NCBI GenBank assembly: GCA_024998755.1
Contig: JACEUU010000002.1
Span: 166,045-230,044, forward strand
Source: Vampirovibrio sp.
GTDB taxonomy: Bacteria; Cyanobacteriota; Vampirovibrionia; Vampirovibrionales; JAJTHC01
Direction: 5' to 3'
DNA length: 64,000 bases
This document shows, in pieces, positions 27,623 through 38,649 of the stretch (position 1 is the first letter of the stretch; each line of letters opens with the position of its first letter). Position numbers and translations under genes: made by a program. The notes beneath the pieces were generated by a model. The model was given only the letters and a program-made list of their open reading frames with translations. It was not told where the DNA came from and ran no database searches.

Positions 27623-27931
27623 ATGAAACCGACTGCTGATTCTTCATTTCCTTCCAACTTCTCTGCAGGTAAAAATACAACCCATGAGAATAAACACCCT
27701 AGTATTAACGAAGATACTGAAAAAAGTTCGGGCAAGAAAACAACTGTAGAACCCCCAAAAGCGAGTAAGGGGTTGAAACGAAATTTAAAAAACTGGGAAG
27801 CGTTTATTAATGAAGATGACGATTTGGAAGACGATGACGAAGCTGGATTGCCTTACGACGAAGAATTAGATTTGGGCATAACGGTTACTAAAAACCGCCA
27901 ACCTGAAGCCAAAAAACGCAAACACGCTTAG
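27623..27931 (+). CDS. Hypothetical small disordered protein with a basic N-terminal half and an acidic patch (EDDDLEDDDEAGLPYDEELD)
   Basis: 102-aa ORF. Candidate promoter upstream and a hairpin downstream. Convergent with the sigma factor gene. Confidence 0.4.
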   Translation: MKPTADSSFPSNFSAGKNTTHENKHPSINEDTEKSSGKKTTVEPPKASKGLKRNLKNWEAFINEDDDLEDDDEAGLPYDEELDLGITVTKNRQPEAKKRKHA

Positions 27932-28042
27932 AAAATCCATAAAACAAATTGACTATCACCTTAACTAAGTGGTAGTCGATTTGTGTTGTTGTACAAATTG
28001 TAGCTATTGGCTTAATGTAAACAATAAATTCAGTTTAATTGT

Positions 28043-29107
28043 TTACTGGTCAATATATTCCCGCAGGCGACGGCTACGGTTCGGATGCCGAAGCTTGCGG
28101 AGTGCCTTGGCCTCAATCTGCCGAATACGCTCACGGGTTACGCCAAACAACTGACCCACTTCTTCCAACGTCCGTTGGCGTCCGTCATCTAACCCAAACC
28201 GAAGACGCAACACATCACGCTCCCTAGGGGAAAGCCCCGAAAGTACTTCCGTTAAATCTTCCCGCAATAATTCATGGGCGACAGATTGAGCAGGGGCTTC
28301 AGCATCACGGTCTTCAATAAAATCACCCAACCGAGAATCTTCTTCTTTACCAATGGGGGTTTCCAAAGAAAGCGGTTCTTGAGCCACCTTAATAATTTCA
28401 CGCAATTTAATAATGGAAATACCCATTGCCTTGGCTAACTCTTCTTCAGAAGGCTTCCGGCTAAGTTCTTGTGCCAATTTCCGAGTGGTTTTTTTCAATT
28501 TGTTGATAGTTTCCACCATGTGAACGGGAATCCGAATGGTGCGGGCTTGGTCGGCAATGGCTCTTGTAATGGCTTGCCGAATCCACCAAGTTGCGTAGGT
28601 GGAAAATTTATAGCCTCGTTCGTGGTCAAACTTTTCCGCTGCCCGAATAAGCCCCAAGTTTCCTTCTTGGATGAGGTCTAAAAACAGCATCCCTCTACCC
28701 ACATATTTTTTAGCAATAGAAACCACCAACCTTAAGTTGGCTTGCACTAATTTGCGTTTTGCCCGCATACCGGGCTCACCACCTTCGGCAATTTTTCTGG
28801 CTAATTCAATTTCTTCGTCGCCTGTAAGCAACGGAATACGTCCAATTTCACGCAGGTACATACGAACAGGGTCATCAAGCCCCACACCTCGTGCTTCTAG
28901 CCCATATTCATGTTCGGCTTCAGCGGGGTCATCATCGCCAGGAATTTTAGATAACAAGGCAACCGTGTGAAACCCACCGTCATCATCGTCTTGTAGTAAT
29001 TCTTCAAAGTGGTCGTCTCTGGAAGATGGCGACCGTTCTTGCTTGTTAACCATATCTAATAGGGCGTCATCGCTACGGGAAGAGCGTCGTTTTGTCATCA
29101 TCATCAT
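28043..29107 (-). CDS. rpoD: RNA polymerase sigma factor, sigma-70 family group 1/2 (primary-like); starts MMMMT
   Basis: Region 2 [41 protein letters not shown]. Region 3. Region 4 [29 protein letters not shown]. Confidence 0.85.
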   Translation of the reverse strand: MMMMTKRRSSRSDDALLDMVNKQERSPSSRDDHFEELLQDDDDGGFHTVALLSKIPGDDDPAEAEHEYGLEARGVGLDDPVRMYLREIGRIPLLTGDEEIELARKIAEGGEPGMRAKRKLVQANLRLVVSIAKKYVGRGMLFLDLIQEGNLGLIRAAEKFDHERGYKFSTYATWWIRQAITRAIADQARTIRIPVHMVETINKLKKTTRKLAQELSRKPSEEELAKAMGISIIKLREIIKVAQEPLSLETPIGKEEDSRLGDFIEDRDAEAPAQSVAHELLREDLTEVLSGLSPRERDVLRLRFGLDDGRQRTLEEVGQLFGVTRERIRQIEAKALRKLRHPNRSRRLREYIDQ

Positions 29108-29614
29108 AAAGTTTTATTGTATCCTATTATTGGGAATCGCACACACTAATACAGTAATAACCGTTAAAACCTACCGATGAAAGCCTTCAAAGCAGAAGCA
29201 CTTTCATTAAAAAAACTTGACTAATTAACCTAAAGCATCAATAAAAAAGTAACAGAGGAGGAGGAAGAGTAATGGGGTATAAGGTTTAACATTAGAGTAA
29301 AACCTTAAAAGAAAATTCTTGGAACACAAGGTGTTGATACTGATGTATATAAGGTTATCTTCTGTTTATAACCCTTGAAAAAGCACCCAGGAACAGCTTA
29401 GAATTATATCTTATACCATTTTCAAATGGGAATAGCGTTAGATGGATACTAGGCACTGGCAAGTAAAAAACCGCAGGAGTACATAGACGTACTTTGAGGA
29501 TTTTTTACTTGACGGTAACAACGTAGACGCTGACGACATTTCTATTTTAAATTGGTATTAGTCAATCATTGTAGTGGAAACATAACCACGATGCAATTAA
29601 ACTTTGGGATAAAT

Positions 29615-31774
29615 TTATAGAGTAGGATGGTTTTCAACAATCGCATATTGCAATTCAATGGATGAAACTTCATGATTTTCCTGCCTTCTAGCAGAGTCAG
29701 GCGTTTCAGCCTCATCATCCGGAAATAAACTGGCTTCTGCAGTAGCAGTGGGCAATGAAAGTAATTCCTGTTTGAGTTGCTTGTTTCTTCGCATTAATGC
29801 TTCTTGCGTTTTGCGTTCTTGCCATTTAGCCACCGTTTGGCTTAATGCCGTTTTCACTTGCTGAAGTGCTTCCGTTTCATTTTCAGCTGAAAGCCCCAGC
29901 AGTTCATGCCAGCGTTCAGCTTCAAACAATAAATTGTCCCAAAGCGGATGAAGCGGGGCAGGCAAGTGCGGGCGAATAACCGCCACCGAAGGAGCCGCTT
30001 CAATCATCTGCCAAAGCAGAGAAAAAGGCTGGTATTGCCAGTTATTCACAAATGGCGTCATGGCGGATTTAAGCTGTAGAAACCCTGTTTCTGTGGCTAA
30101 TAATTGAGCCATCGCCGTTTGTTCAAGTGTTGGCAAACTTTGCTGTTGTAACAAGCGTTGCCGGTAGTGTGTGTGATTTTCAAGGGACGCTTGCACCGCC
30201 AATTTTTCAGTAGCCGTAAGGTACTTACCATTTTTTGCCTTGGGCTTTAATGGCTTACTATACCCTGTTTGATACGAGTCATCATAAGGACTACTATTGA
30301 AAGATTGGGGGTGCTTCTGAGGAGATAAAGCCGTGTGAATATGGTCTTTTGCTGAAACTGAAGCACTGGCTGTTACAGTTGTTACAGAAGCGGGTTGATA
30401 AGCCCCACTATTATAAGTAGGCTTCGGCTGGCGTTTTTCAAACTGCTGAAGACTTTGGCGTAAGGCTTCTTCAGGGGTGTGTAATACATCCGCATATTTC
30501 GCTAGCAAATGGGCTTTTCGCATGGGGTTTTTAACTTTTGCCAACAACGGAAGCACCTTATAGCTGGCTTCCATTTGGTCATCAGTCAACTGCAAATTAA
30601 AGCCCTGCAAGGCACAGCCTAGTTGAAAATCTAAATAATCAGGGGCAGTGGCTAGTAAGCCTTCAAACACGGCTTGACTATTTTCGCTTTTAAAGAAGTC
30701 ATCAGGGTCTTTACCGTTAGGCAGTTGAATCACTTTTACCTTCATAGGATGGCGTTCCAACAGGGGTTCAATGCGAGCGATTCCGGTTAAAGCCGCCGCC
30801 TGCCCTGCTTTATCGCTATCAAAACAGAGAAACAATTGCTCAATCCCACTTTTCATTAGCAGTTTAAGATGGTCTTCGGTTAGTGCCGTACCACAGGTAG
30901 CTACCGCTTCAGGAAAGCCTGTTAAATGCGTGGCCAACACATCAAAATAACCTTCCATCACGATAGCACGCTTGCGTTTTCGGATGCTTTCCTTGCCTTG
31001 AAAAAACCCGTAAAGCGTCGAACTTTTATGGTATAAGGGCGTTTCGGGGGAATTTAAATACTTCGGTTGAACATCGGCTGAAAAAGCCCGTCCGCCAAAG
31101 GCAACCACTTCGCCTTTAATGTTGTGGATGGGAAAAAGGAGGCGGTCTCTAAATTTATCGTAATAGCCGTTGTTGTTTTGCCGAGGGGACGCCAATCCAG
31201 CCGTTTCAAGCCACTGGGGTTCTTGTTGCAAAAAGGGCAAAGCGGAAAGCAAATAGGTGGTTAAGGCATCCCATCCATCAGGGCTTGCACCTAGTTGAAA
31301 CAGGGCTAATTGGGTGAGCGTATAGCCTCTGGATTCTTCTAAATACGCCTTGGCGGAAGCCCCCGCAGGGCTGGAAAGGTGGCTTTGATAAAACTGGGTA
31401 GCTAACTGCATCAGCTGAAGCAGTTTTTGTTTGTCATCCAGCTGTTTTTGGAAGACTTGCTCATCTGCTTGGTTACTAGCTTTGATTGAAAGCCCTAGGG
31501 TTTCGGCTTGTTCCCGAATCACATCGCCATAGGTTTTGTTTTCAATTTTCATTAGAAAGCTAATGGAATCGCCACTTTCGCCACACCCGAAGCATTTAAA
31601 CAAGCCTCGTTCGGCGGACACATTAAAACTGGGCGATTTTTCGTTATGGAAGGGGCATAGCCCTAGGTGGTTACGTCCGCGTTTTTTGAGTTGGACAAAT
31701 TTCCCGATGGTGGAAATCGCATCGAGGCTTTGTTTTACTTGTTGTGCAGCTTCTAAAAACGTTACCCATTGCAT
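29615..31774 (-). CDS. dnaG: DNA primase
   Basis: Zinc-ribbon CPFHNEKSPSF...CFGCGESG. TOPRIM motif MEGYFDVL. Q-rich C-terminal extension. Directly upstream of rpoD on the same strand. Confidence 0.85.
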   Translation of the reverse strand: MQWVTFLEAAQQVKQSLDAISTIGKFVQLKKRGRNHLGLCPFHNEKSPSFNVSAERGLFKCFGCGESGDSISFLMKIENKTYGDVIREQAETLGLSIKASNQADEQVFQKQLDDKQKLLQLMQLATQFYQSHLSSPAGASAKAYLEESRGYTLTQLALFQLGASPDGWDALTTYLLSALPFLQQEPQWLETAGLASPRQNNNGYYDKFRDRLLFPIHNIKGEVVAFGGRAFSADVQPKYLNSPETPLYHKSSTLYGFFQGKESIRKRKRAIVMEGYFDVLATHLTGFPEAVATCGTALTEDHLKLLMKSGIEQLFLCFDSDKAGQAAALTGIARIEPLLERHPMKVKVIQLPNGKDPDDFFKSENSQAVFEGLLATAPDYLDFQLGCALQGFNLQLTDDQMEASYKVLPLLAKVKNPMRKAHLLAKYADVLHTPEEALRQSLQQFEKRQPKPTYNSGAYQPASVTTVTASASVSAKDHIHTALSPQKHPQSFNSSPYDDSYQTGYSKPLKPKAKNGKYLTATEKLAVQASLENHTHYRQRLLQQQSLPTLEQTAMAQLLATETGFLQLKSAMTPFVNNWQYQPFSLLWQMIEAAPSVAVIRPHLPAPLHPLWDNLLFEAERWHELLGLSAENETEALQQVKTALSQTVAKWQERKTQEALMRRNKQLKQELLSLPTATAEASLFPDDEAETPDSARRQENHEVSSIELQYAIVENHPTL

Positions 31775-31872
31775 AGTTTTTGGTTCACTCTTTATTGAAT
31801 AATTGTTGTTGGCAGATGAAAGGACTTTGTTATTATTTTACGGTGAATACGGGTTGCTTACAAGAAGGGATA

Positions 31873-32009
31873 GCTATAGAAGCCTCTGAAAAAGCCTGAA
31901 AACACAGCGTCATTACGAGCGTATCGTGGCAATCCACTTACCAAAAAAGGCTTTACAAATTACTTCACATGCGTTCGTAATGACAATTTTTTGCAAAGGC
32001 TTCTATAGC
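31873..32009. repeat. ~137-bp imperfect palindrome (16-bp terminal inverted repeats gctatagaagcctctg/caaaggcttctatagc, plus an inner gtcattacgaRcg inverted repeat) in the dnaG/ABC-permease divergent region
   Basis: Read directly from the sequence. Confidence 0.6.
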
Positions 32010-32094
32010 GTTACCCCTCTTCCCTTTTTGGCTTAAAAAAGCGTATAATGAAGGCAACCATCCTACACCGTGGAAGAAAGAAGTTGCTTACCCC

Positions 32095-33159
32095 GTGTCT
32101 ATCGCTTTATTAGTGCCTGTTTTTAAACGAATCGCTTGGGTTGTTCCCATTGTCTTGGTCAGCTCCGCATTGGGGTTTTTCCTCATGCGATTCCAACTCA
32201 CCCTCGGTCCGATTGAACTACCCTCAGCTTCAGTTGGCGGTAAACCCTTCGTACTCATGGAAAAAATCGAGCTCAAACAACCGATAGACCCCCTAGCGGA
32301 ACTTCGGCTGAACCCTCAACTTTCCGCTAGCGTCATCGCCCAAGAAGAAAAACGCCTAGCTCTAGACAAACCGTGGTACACCCAATACTGGCGATGGCTC
32401 AAAGCCTTTGTTATGGGAGATTGGGGTACCACCAATCGGGGGGAATCGGTCAGTTGGTTACTACTAGGTGCCGCTAAAAATACTATTTTACTAAATGTAT
32501 GCGTACTGACTGCCACATGGCTTATTGCTTTACCACTTGGGGTTATTTCCGCCCAGTATTATGGCACTTGGGTTAGCAAGGGCATTAATTTCACCACCTC
32601 GTTTTTAATGGGATTGCCGAGCTTTGTTTTAGCCTTAGCTTTAGGGGTTTTAGCCATTAAAACAGGATGGCTTCCGTTCGGCGGGCTTACCAGCCCTATG
32701 CACGCCCAACTGCCCTTCTTCGCCCAAGTGTGGGACATGGCTTTACACCTTGCCCTGCCAACGATTGTGCTAACCTTGTTGAGCCTTACAGGCATTCAAC
32801 GCCAAATGCAAGCCAATATGTTAGATGTTTTGGGTCAACCCTACGTTCAAACCGCCAAAGCAAAGGGCTTAAAACAATCTGTGGTATTATATAAACATGC
32901 TGTTCGTAACGCCTTAAACCCACTACTGACCATGATGGGCTTTGAACTAGCGGGCTTACTTTCAGGAGCTGTACTGGTTGAAACCGTTTTAGGTTTTCCT
33001 GGGTTGGGCTTGCAAACCTTCCAAGCTTCGTTAGCCGGCGACGCTAACATGGTCATGGCAAGCTTAGTTTTATCTTCGTTATTGTTAGTTTTAGGTAACC
33101 TATTAGCAGATTTCGGTCTATTGTGGTTAGACCCTCGGGTTCGTTCAGAAGCTACCTAG
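32095..33159 (+). CDS. ABC transporter permease, DppB/OppB-type
   Basis: Six TM helices. EAA-type loop QTAKAKGLKQSVVLYKHAVRNALNPLLT. Confidence 0.7.
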   Translation: MSIALLVPVFKRIAWVVPIVLVSSALGFFLMRFQLTLGPIELPSASVGGKPFVLMEKIELKQPIDPLAELRLNPQLSASVIAQEEKRLALDKPWYTQYWRWLKAFVMGDWGTTNRGESVSWLLLGAAKNTILLNVCVLTATWLIALPLGVISAQYYGTWVSKGINFTTSFLMGLPSFVLALALGVLAIKTGWLPFGGLTSPMHAQLPFFAQVWDMALHLALPTIVLTLLSLTGIQRQMQANMLDVLGQPYVQTAKAKGLKQSVVLYKHAVRNALNPLLTMMGFELAGLLSGAVLVETVLGFPGLGLQTFQASLAGDANMVMASLVLSSLLLVLGNLLADFGLLWLDPRVRSEAT

Positions 33160-33202
33160 TTTTAACCGTTTAGTTATTGATTTGTGAAAGATTTTTGTAT
33201 TT

Positions 33203-34156
33203 ATGATGCCTCGTAGCCTTGTTTCTTCTTCAGATTTATCCGTTGATGATATTCGTTTAATGACAGCGAATGCCCGAAAGTTATTACCGTTAATTCAATC
33301 CGGTACTAAAAAAACATTGAATCATCTTAGCGGTAGAACCGTTGCAACGTTCTTCTGTGAACCAAGCACTCGTACACGGTGTAGTTTTGAACTGGCAGCT
33401 AAAATTTTAGGGGCTCATACCATTGATGTTTCGCCGGAACAGTCTTCCTTAACAAAAGGGGAAACCATTGCTGATACCATTGAAACCCTTGTAACAATGG
33501 GGGTTGATGCCATTGTTATTCGCCACACGGAAGACGGGTTACCTCAAGCAATGGCGGAAAAATACGGCAAGCGGATTGCTATTTTGAACGCAGGTGATGG
33601 TATTACAGACCACCCCACCCAAGGGCTGTTAGATATTCTAACGCTCATTCAGCAATTTGGTTCGTTGGAAGCGTTGCAAGGCAAAAAAATGACCATTTTA
33701 GGCAACATCACTCATAGTAGAGTGGTGGGTAGTCATCTGCGGTTGATGCAGCAATTGGGTGTTGATATCACCTTGGTAGCACCGGATTTCTTTATGCCTA
33801 GCGTGATTGAACGGGAAAAGTGGCATGCCCAATACTGCGTTAATTTTACCGAAGAATTTGAAGAAGGCTTGGAAAATGCGGATATTGTGATGCCGCTACG
33901 CATACAATCTGAACGGATTGATGAGTTTGAACTATCACTCATGGGGCGATATGCCCAAGGGTATCAGTTGAATCATTTAAATGTGGGCATGCGTTGCAAG
34001 CCGGGTTTTGTGATATTACACCCAGGGCCTGTAAATTATAATATTGAAATTACTGAAGAGCTAGCCAACGACCCGAATATTTCTAGAATACGTCAGCAAG
34101 TGGCTTGTGGCGTAGCATTGCGTATGGCAGCATTACATTGGTGTATTGAAGGGTAA
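33203..34156 (+). CDS. pyrB: Aspartate carbamoyltransferase catalytic subunit
   Basis: STRTR motif (FCEPSTRTRCSFE). HPTQGLLD. HPGP. Confidence 0.85.
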   Translation: MMPRSLVSSSDLSVDDIRLMTANARKLLPLIQSGTKKTLNHLSGRTVATFFCEPSTRTRCSFELAAKILGAHTIDVSPEQSSLTKGETIADTIETLVTMGVDAIVIRHTEDGLPQAMAEKYGKRIAILNAGDGITDHPTQGLLDILTLIQQFGSLEALQGKKMTILGNITHSRVVGSHLRLMQQLGVDITLVAPDFFMPSVIEREKWHAQYCVNFTEEFEEGLENADIVMPLRIQSERIDEFELSLMGRYAQGYQLNHLNVGMRCKPGFVILHPGPVNYNIEITEELANDPNISRIRQQVACGVALRMAALHWCIEG

Positions 34157-34590
34157 TTATTTTTATACGCTTCATAACAATCATGCGGAATGGTTTACTG
34201 GCTAGGGCTTCATGTTGGGTGCTATTTGACAGCCCCAACAAATTAACCCGACACTCCTACGCCCTCCTAAATAAATCCCCTCTCGTTGAATAGCACTTTG
34301 GAAATAGGCTTGACCGGAAGCTCTAAAAGCTCACTAATTGGTCTGCTTCACTACGTTCGTACCAGCCTCTTCCTAACTAGGTATGATTTGAAGCTAAAAC
34401 TCAACAATAATAGGTTTTCCGCAGTTTGGCTAGGAAGCGTAAAGATCTTTTCCAAGAATATTCTTCACACCGAACTGATTAAAGTAGGCATCGCCCCAGC
34501 AAACAGATAAGCATTATCATAGGAGAGTTGCGTTTTTTACGGTATACTAACTTCTAGATTTAAATACTGTTAGAAAGACCTCCTCCCCCC

Positions 34591-35778
34591 ATGAAAAGCC
34601 TTGGTTTATTTGGTCGTTTTGGTGGCTGTTACGCCCCAGAATCGCTTATGCCCGCCCTAGAAGAACTAGAAGAAAACTTCATCGCACTACAAACCGATGC
34701 TGCCTTCCAAGCCAACTTCACTAGGCTACTGCACCACTACGCTGGCAGACCAACGCCCCTCTACCATGCCGAAAATTTATCCGCCCACCTTGGGGGGGCT
34801 CAAATTTGGCTAAAACGAGAAGATTTACTCCATGGCGGTGCCCACAAAACCAATAACGCCCTTGGGCAAGCCCTCATGGCAAAAGCCATGGGCAAAAGAC
34901 GGATTATCGCTGAAACGGGGGCAGGGCAACACGGTGTAGCAACCGCCATGGTTGGGGCATTGCTCGGGCTGGAAACCGAAATTTACATGGGTGCGGTGGA
35001 TGTTGAACGCCAACAACCTAACGTGCTTCGGATGGAGCTACTAGGGGCAAAAGTAAATGCGGTGCAAAGTGGCGGAAAAACCCTGAAAGATGCCATCAAC
35101 GAAGCCATGCGGGATTGGATTGCCAATGTGCGTGATACGCATTATTTAATTGGCACAGTGGCGGGGCCTCATCCGTTTCCTAGTATGGTGCGGTATTTTC
35201 ATGAGGTTATTGGCAAGGAATCTCGGGCACAGATGCTGGAGCATGTAGGAAAATTGCCTCATAGCGTGCTAGCTTGCGTGGGCGGGGGCTCTAACGCCAT
35301 CGGGATTTTTAGTGGTTTTATGGCAGATAAAGATGTTCGGTTAGTGGGGGTTGAACCTGCTGGGCATGGGCTGGAAACCAATTACCATGGGGCAGTGTTG
35401 GCTCAAGGCACGTTTGGGGTGTTACAGGGCATGAAAAGCCTGATGTTGCAGACCGATGATGGGCAAGTGCTGAACACCCATAGTATTTCAGCGGGATTGG
35501 ATTACCCTTCCGTAGGGCCTGAACACGCTTATTTACAGGAATTGGGCCGAGCTACTTACGAAAGTGCGACGGATGCCGAGGCTTTAGAGGCTTTTCAGCT
35601 GTTAACAAAGATGGAAGGCATTTTGCCAGCGTTGGAATCTTCTCATGCGGTGGCTTATGCCATGAAGCTTGCACCCACGCTTTCGGCGGATGAGGTGGTT
35701 CTCATTAACCTGTCAGGGCGTGGCGATAAAGACCTCCCCACCATCTCCGCTGCTTTGAATAAACAGAGCTTTAACTAA
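34591..35778 (+). CDS. trpB: Tryptophan synthase beta chain
   Basis: [15 protein letters not shown] (PLP lysine) and GGGSNAIG. No trpA adjacent. Confidence 0.9.
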   Translation: MKSLGLFGRFGGCYAPESLMPALEELEENFIALQTDAAFQANFTRLLHHYAGRPTPLYHAENLSAHLGGAQIWLKREDLLHGGAHKTNNALGQALMAKAMGKRRIIAETGAGQHGVATAMVGALLGLETEIYMGAVDVERQQPNVLRMELLGAKVNAVQSGGKTLKDAINEAMRDWIANVRDTHYLIGTVAGPHPFPSMVRYFHEVIGKESRAQMLEHVGKLPHSVLACVGGGSNAIGIFSGFMADKDVRLVGVEPAGHGLETNYHGAVLAQGTFGVLQGMKSLMLQTDDGQVLNTHSISAGLDYPSVGPEHAYLQELGRATYESATDAEALEAFQLLTKMEGILPALESSHAVAYAMKLAPTLSADEVVLINLSGRGDKDLPTISAALNKQSFN

Positions 35779-35784
35779 TTAACC

Positions 35785-36654
35785 TTACTCCTTAACGCCA
35801 CCGACGCTATCGGGGTTGAGAAGGGCTTTTTGCATAAAGGCAAAAAACACAAAACTGGGAATCAAGCTAATAATCGTTCCTGCAGCAACCCACCGCCAAT
35901 TCATTGAAAACTGACTTTGCAACTGAACCAACCCCAAGGGTATCGTCATATGTTCTGGCGAATTAATCAACACACTAGGCCATAAAAATTCGCCCCATTG
36001 GGCTAAAAAGCTAAAAATAACCGCAGTCATCAACACTGGTTTTAAAGCAGGCATCACCACATGCCAAATCAACTGCACAAACGAAGCTCCCTCTAAAATG
36101 GCAGATTCTTCCAAGGCAATGGGCAAACTAGCCACGGCATTTTTCACGTAAATAATGCCAAAGCCACTCACGCAAAAGGGTAGTGCCAAGGCAATATACA
36201 ACGGTACAACCCCATTGGCTTCTGATAAGCCTAACTGCAAGCAAAGCAAGTAAAGTGGAATCATGGTTACTTGAAACGGCACAAACATACTAGCCAGCAC
36301 CAAGGCATTGAGCCACGGTTTACCCACAAAGTTGTAACGCCCCAAACAATAGCCCATCAGTAAGGCAGAGGTAATATTCAAGGTAGTAGAAATAAACGCC
36401 ACAATCAAACTATTCAATCCAAACGACAAAAACGGAATTTTTTCCCATACGGCTTGAAAATTTTCAAAGGTGGGGTGGAGGGGTATCCATTGGGGTGGGA
36501 TGGAAATTAACGCTTCTTGGTTTGATTTTAACGCAGTAGAAAGCAACCACGCCACAGGAGCAACAGCCTGCGAAACCAACACCAAGCACCAAAACGCCAA
36601 CCAAACCTTACGAAATACCTGTTGCCGAGGCGTTAAAACAATCGTGGTTTGCAT
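35785..36654 (-). CDS. Sugar ABC transporter permease (MalG/UgpE-type); ORF track extends to 36768 but the start is probably at MQTT, overlapping the upstream stop
   Basis: EAA loop ALEESAILEGASFVQLIWHVVMPALKP. A TAATG/TGATG-type overlap with the upstream permease. Confidence 0.7.
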   Translation of the reverse strand: MQTTIVLTPRQQVFRKVWLAFWCLVLVSQAVAPVAWLLSTALKSNQEALISIPPQWIPLHPTFENFQAVWEKIPFLSFGLNSLIVAFISTTLNITSALLMGYCLGRYNFVGKPWLNALVLASMFVPFQVTMIPLYLLCLQLGLSEANGVVPLYIALALPFCVSGFGIIYVKNAVASLPIALEESAILEGASFVQLIWHVVMPALKPVLMTAVIFSFLAQWGEFLWPSVLINSPEHMTIPLGLVQLQSQFSMNWRWVAAGTIISLIPSFVFFAFMQKALLNPDSVGGVKE

Positions 36655-37604
36655 TATGCTATGCCTCCGTTTATTTTTGCTTCGTTTCGGGACAGTTGAT
36701 ATTTGACGGTTTCTTGTACTGCCATCACCCCAATAATTAAACCAGCAAATAGTAAACCTGCTGCACACGCCGTGCCTAAATTCAGCCAGCCAAAGGCTTG
36801 GTCATAAATAAAGAAAACCAACGTTTCACTATTGTGCAAAGGGCCTCCTTTAGTAAGAACGTAAATTTCGCTAAATAGCTTCAGCGTTGCCAAGCTTGAA
36901 ATAGTAACAACCAGCACCATGGTTGGGCGAAGTTGCGGTAGTGTAATGTACCAAAATTGTTGCCACGCAGTTGCCCCTTCAATACTAGCGGCTTCGTACC
37001 AATCAGGGGAAAGCGTTTGTAACCGCCCGACATACATCATCATGTAATAACCTAAAGCCTTCCATACCACCACGCACGCTATAGAACCTAGCACAAAATT
37101 GGGGTCGGTTAGCCAAGCGACAGGTTTGCCGCCAAAGGCTTGAATCATGCCATTCAGTAGCCCGTCCTCTTGAAGCACCCATTTCCAGAGGGTAGCTGAA
37201 ACAACCATAGAAATCATGACAGGGGAATAAGCGAACAGCCGAACGATGGTACTACCCCAAAAAGGCTGCACCACAATAGAGGCAATCCCCAGCGGGATAA
37301 TCATAACAGAAGGAATGATAACCACACCCAACAGAAATGTTTGCAGTAAGCATTTCAAAAAAGACCCATTTTGGAAAAGAGCTTGATAGTTGGCTAGCCC
37401 AACAAACACGGGGTGGTAGAGGTCGTTTTCAAAGGTAAATAGGCTGAAGACAAACGAGGCTAAAGCGGGTATGAGGAACACTATCACCAATACAATAGTG
37501 GGCAACCCGACGAACTTCCAGATAGTTTTACTAGAAGCAAGACTGGAAGATTGCTTTGGTTTAGCGATAGCAGGTGGGGTAAACAACAGGCAATGGGCTT
37601 TCAA
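36654..37604 (-). CDS. Sugar ABC transporter permease (MalF/UgpA-type)
   Basis: EAA loop EAASIEGATAWQQFWYITLPQLRPT and IYVLTKGGP. Confidence 0.7.
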   Translation of the reverse strand: MKAHCLLFTPPAIAKPKQSSSLASSKTIWKFVGLPTIVLVIVFLIPALASFVFSLFTFENDLYHPVFVGLANYQALFQNGSFLKCLLQTFLLGVVIIPSVMIIPLGIASIVVQPFWGSTIVRLFAYSPVMISMVVSATLWKWVLQEDGLLNGMIQAFGGKPVAWLTDPNFVLGSIACVVVWKALGYYMMMYVGRLQTLSPDWYEAASIEGATAWQQFWYITLPQLRPTMVLVVTISSLATLKLFSEIYVLTKGGPLHNSETLVFFIYDQAFGWLNLGTACAAGLLFAGLIIGVMAVQETVKYQLSRNEAKINGGIA

Positions 37605-37758
37605 TAAAAAACAAAAGTTGTATCCTAGGATCTATTATACCTGAAACTCCTTAAGAAAACGCTATTCGTCTTATGCGTTTATTTTCAATGGATTTGCAGT
37701 ATAATTATTATCATTAAGAAACCTTTTCTCTTCCCCCTCCAAAAAATGACCCTCTTTT

Positions 37759-38649
37759 ATGTCTGAAACTAAACGTATCACGCAACATACACTCAAACGC
37801 CTTAAACAAGAAGGGCAAACCTTTGCGAGCCTGACGGCTTATGATTTTACGACGGCTCAATTACTAGACCAAGCAGGTATTGAAATTCTGTTGGTAGGCG
37901 ATAGTCTTGCCATGACTGCATTAGGACATCCTAACACCCTGAGCATTACCGTTGATGAAATGCTACACCACGTCAAAGCCGTTAGCCGTGGGGCAAAACA
38001 CGCATGGATTATTGCCGATGCTCCTTTTATGAGCTATCACGTTTCGTTGGAACAAGGCATCGTCAACTGTGCTAGGTTCATTCAAGAAGGACACGCCCAC
38101 GCCGTTAAAATTGAAGGCTGTACCCCCGAAATTTTAGCCTTAGTTAAACGCCTCGTCGCTATTGGTATACCGGTGGTGGGGCATTTGGGCTTAACACCTC
38201 AAGCCATGCTAACCTTTGGCGGATTCAAACTGCAAGCCAAAACCACGCAAACCGCTTTAACGCTTATTCAACAAGCCCATGCCCTAGAACAAGCAGGCGT
38301 TTGTGCCATTGTGTTAGAAATGATACCCACTGAACTAGCAACGTTGATTTCCCAACAGCTAGCAATTCCCACTATCGGCATTGGGGCAGGTAAGGGGTGT
38401 GATGGGCAAGTTTTAGTAACGGATGATTTGTTGGGACGCTTCCAAGGGTTTCATCCCAAATTTGTTCGGACGTATATGCAAGGAGCATCGCTGACGCAAG
38501 CAGCCGTTACCGCATATCAAGCTGATGTGAAAAACCGAACTTTCCCCAATAACGAAACCGAAGCCACCCCTATGAACCCAGAAGCCTATGCCAGTTTATT
38601 AAGGCAACTAGCCTTAGAAGAAGGCGAAACCCATGCCAAGTCTCAATAA
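37759..38649 (+). CDS. panB: 3-methyl-2-oxobutanoate hydroxymethyltransferase
   Basis: LVGDSLAMTALGHPNTLSITVDEMLHH and VKIEG motifs. Confidence 0.85.
   Translation: MSETKRITQHTLKRLKQEGQTFASLTAYDFTTAQLLDQAGIEILLVGDSLAMTALGHPNTLSITVDEMLHHVKAVSRGAKHAWIIADAPFMSYHVSLEQGIVNCARFIQEGHAHAVKIEGCTPEILALVKRLVAIGIPVVGHLGLTPQAMLTFGGFKLQAKTTQTALTLIQQAHALEQAGVCAIVLEMIPTELATLISQQLAIPTIGIGAGKGCDGQVLVTDDLLGRFQGFHPKFVRTYMQGASLTQAAVTAYQADVKNRTFPNNETEATPMNPEAYASLLRQLALEEGETHAKSQ

Noticed and set aside
34157-34590. 434-bp gap upstream of trpB considered for a trp attenuator or T-box
   Set aside because: No tandem Trp codons, leader peptide or T-box specifier/antiterminator pattern is visible. Only unremarkable hairpins.
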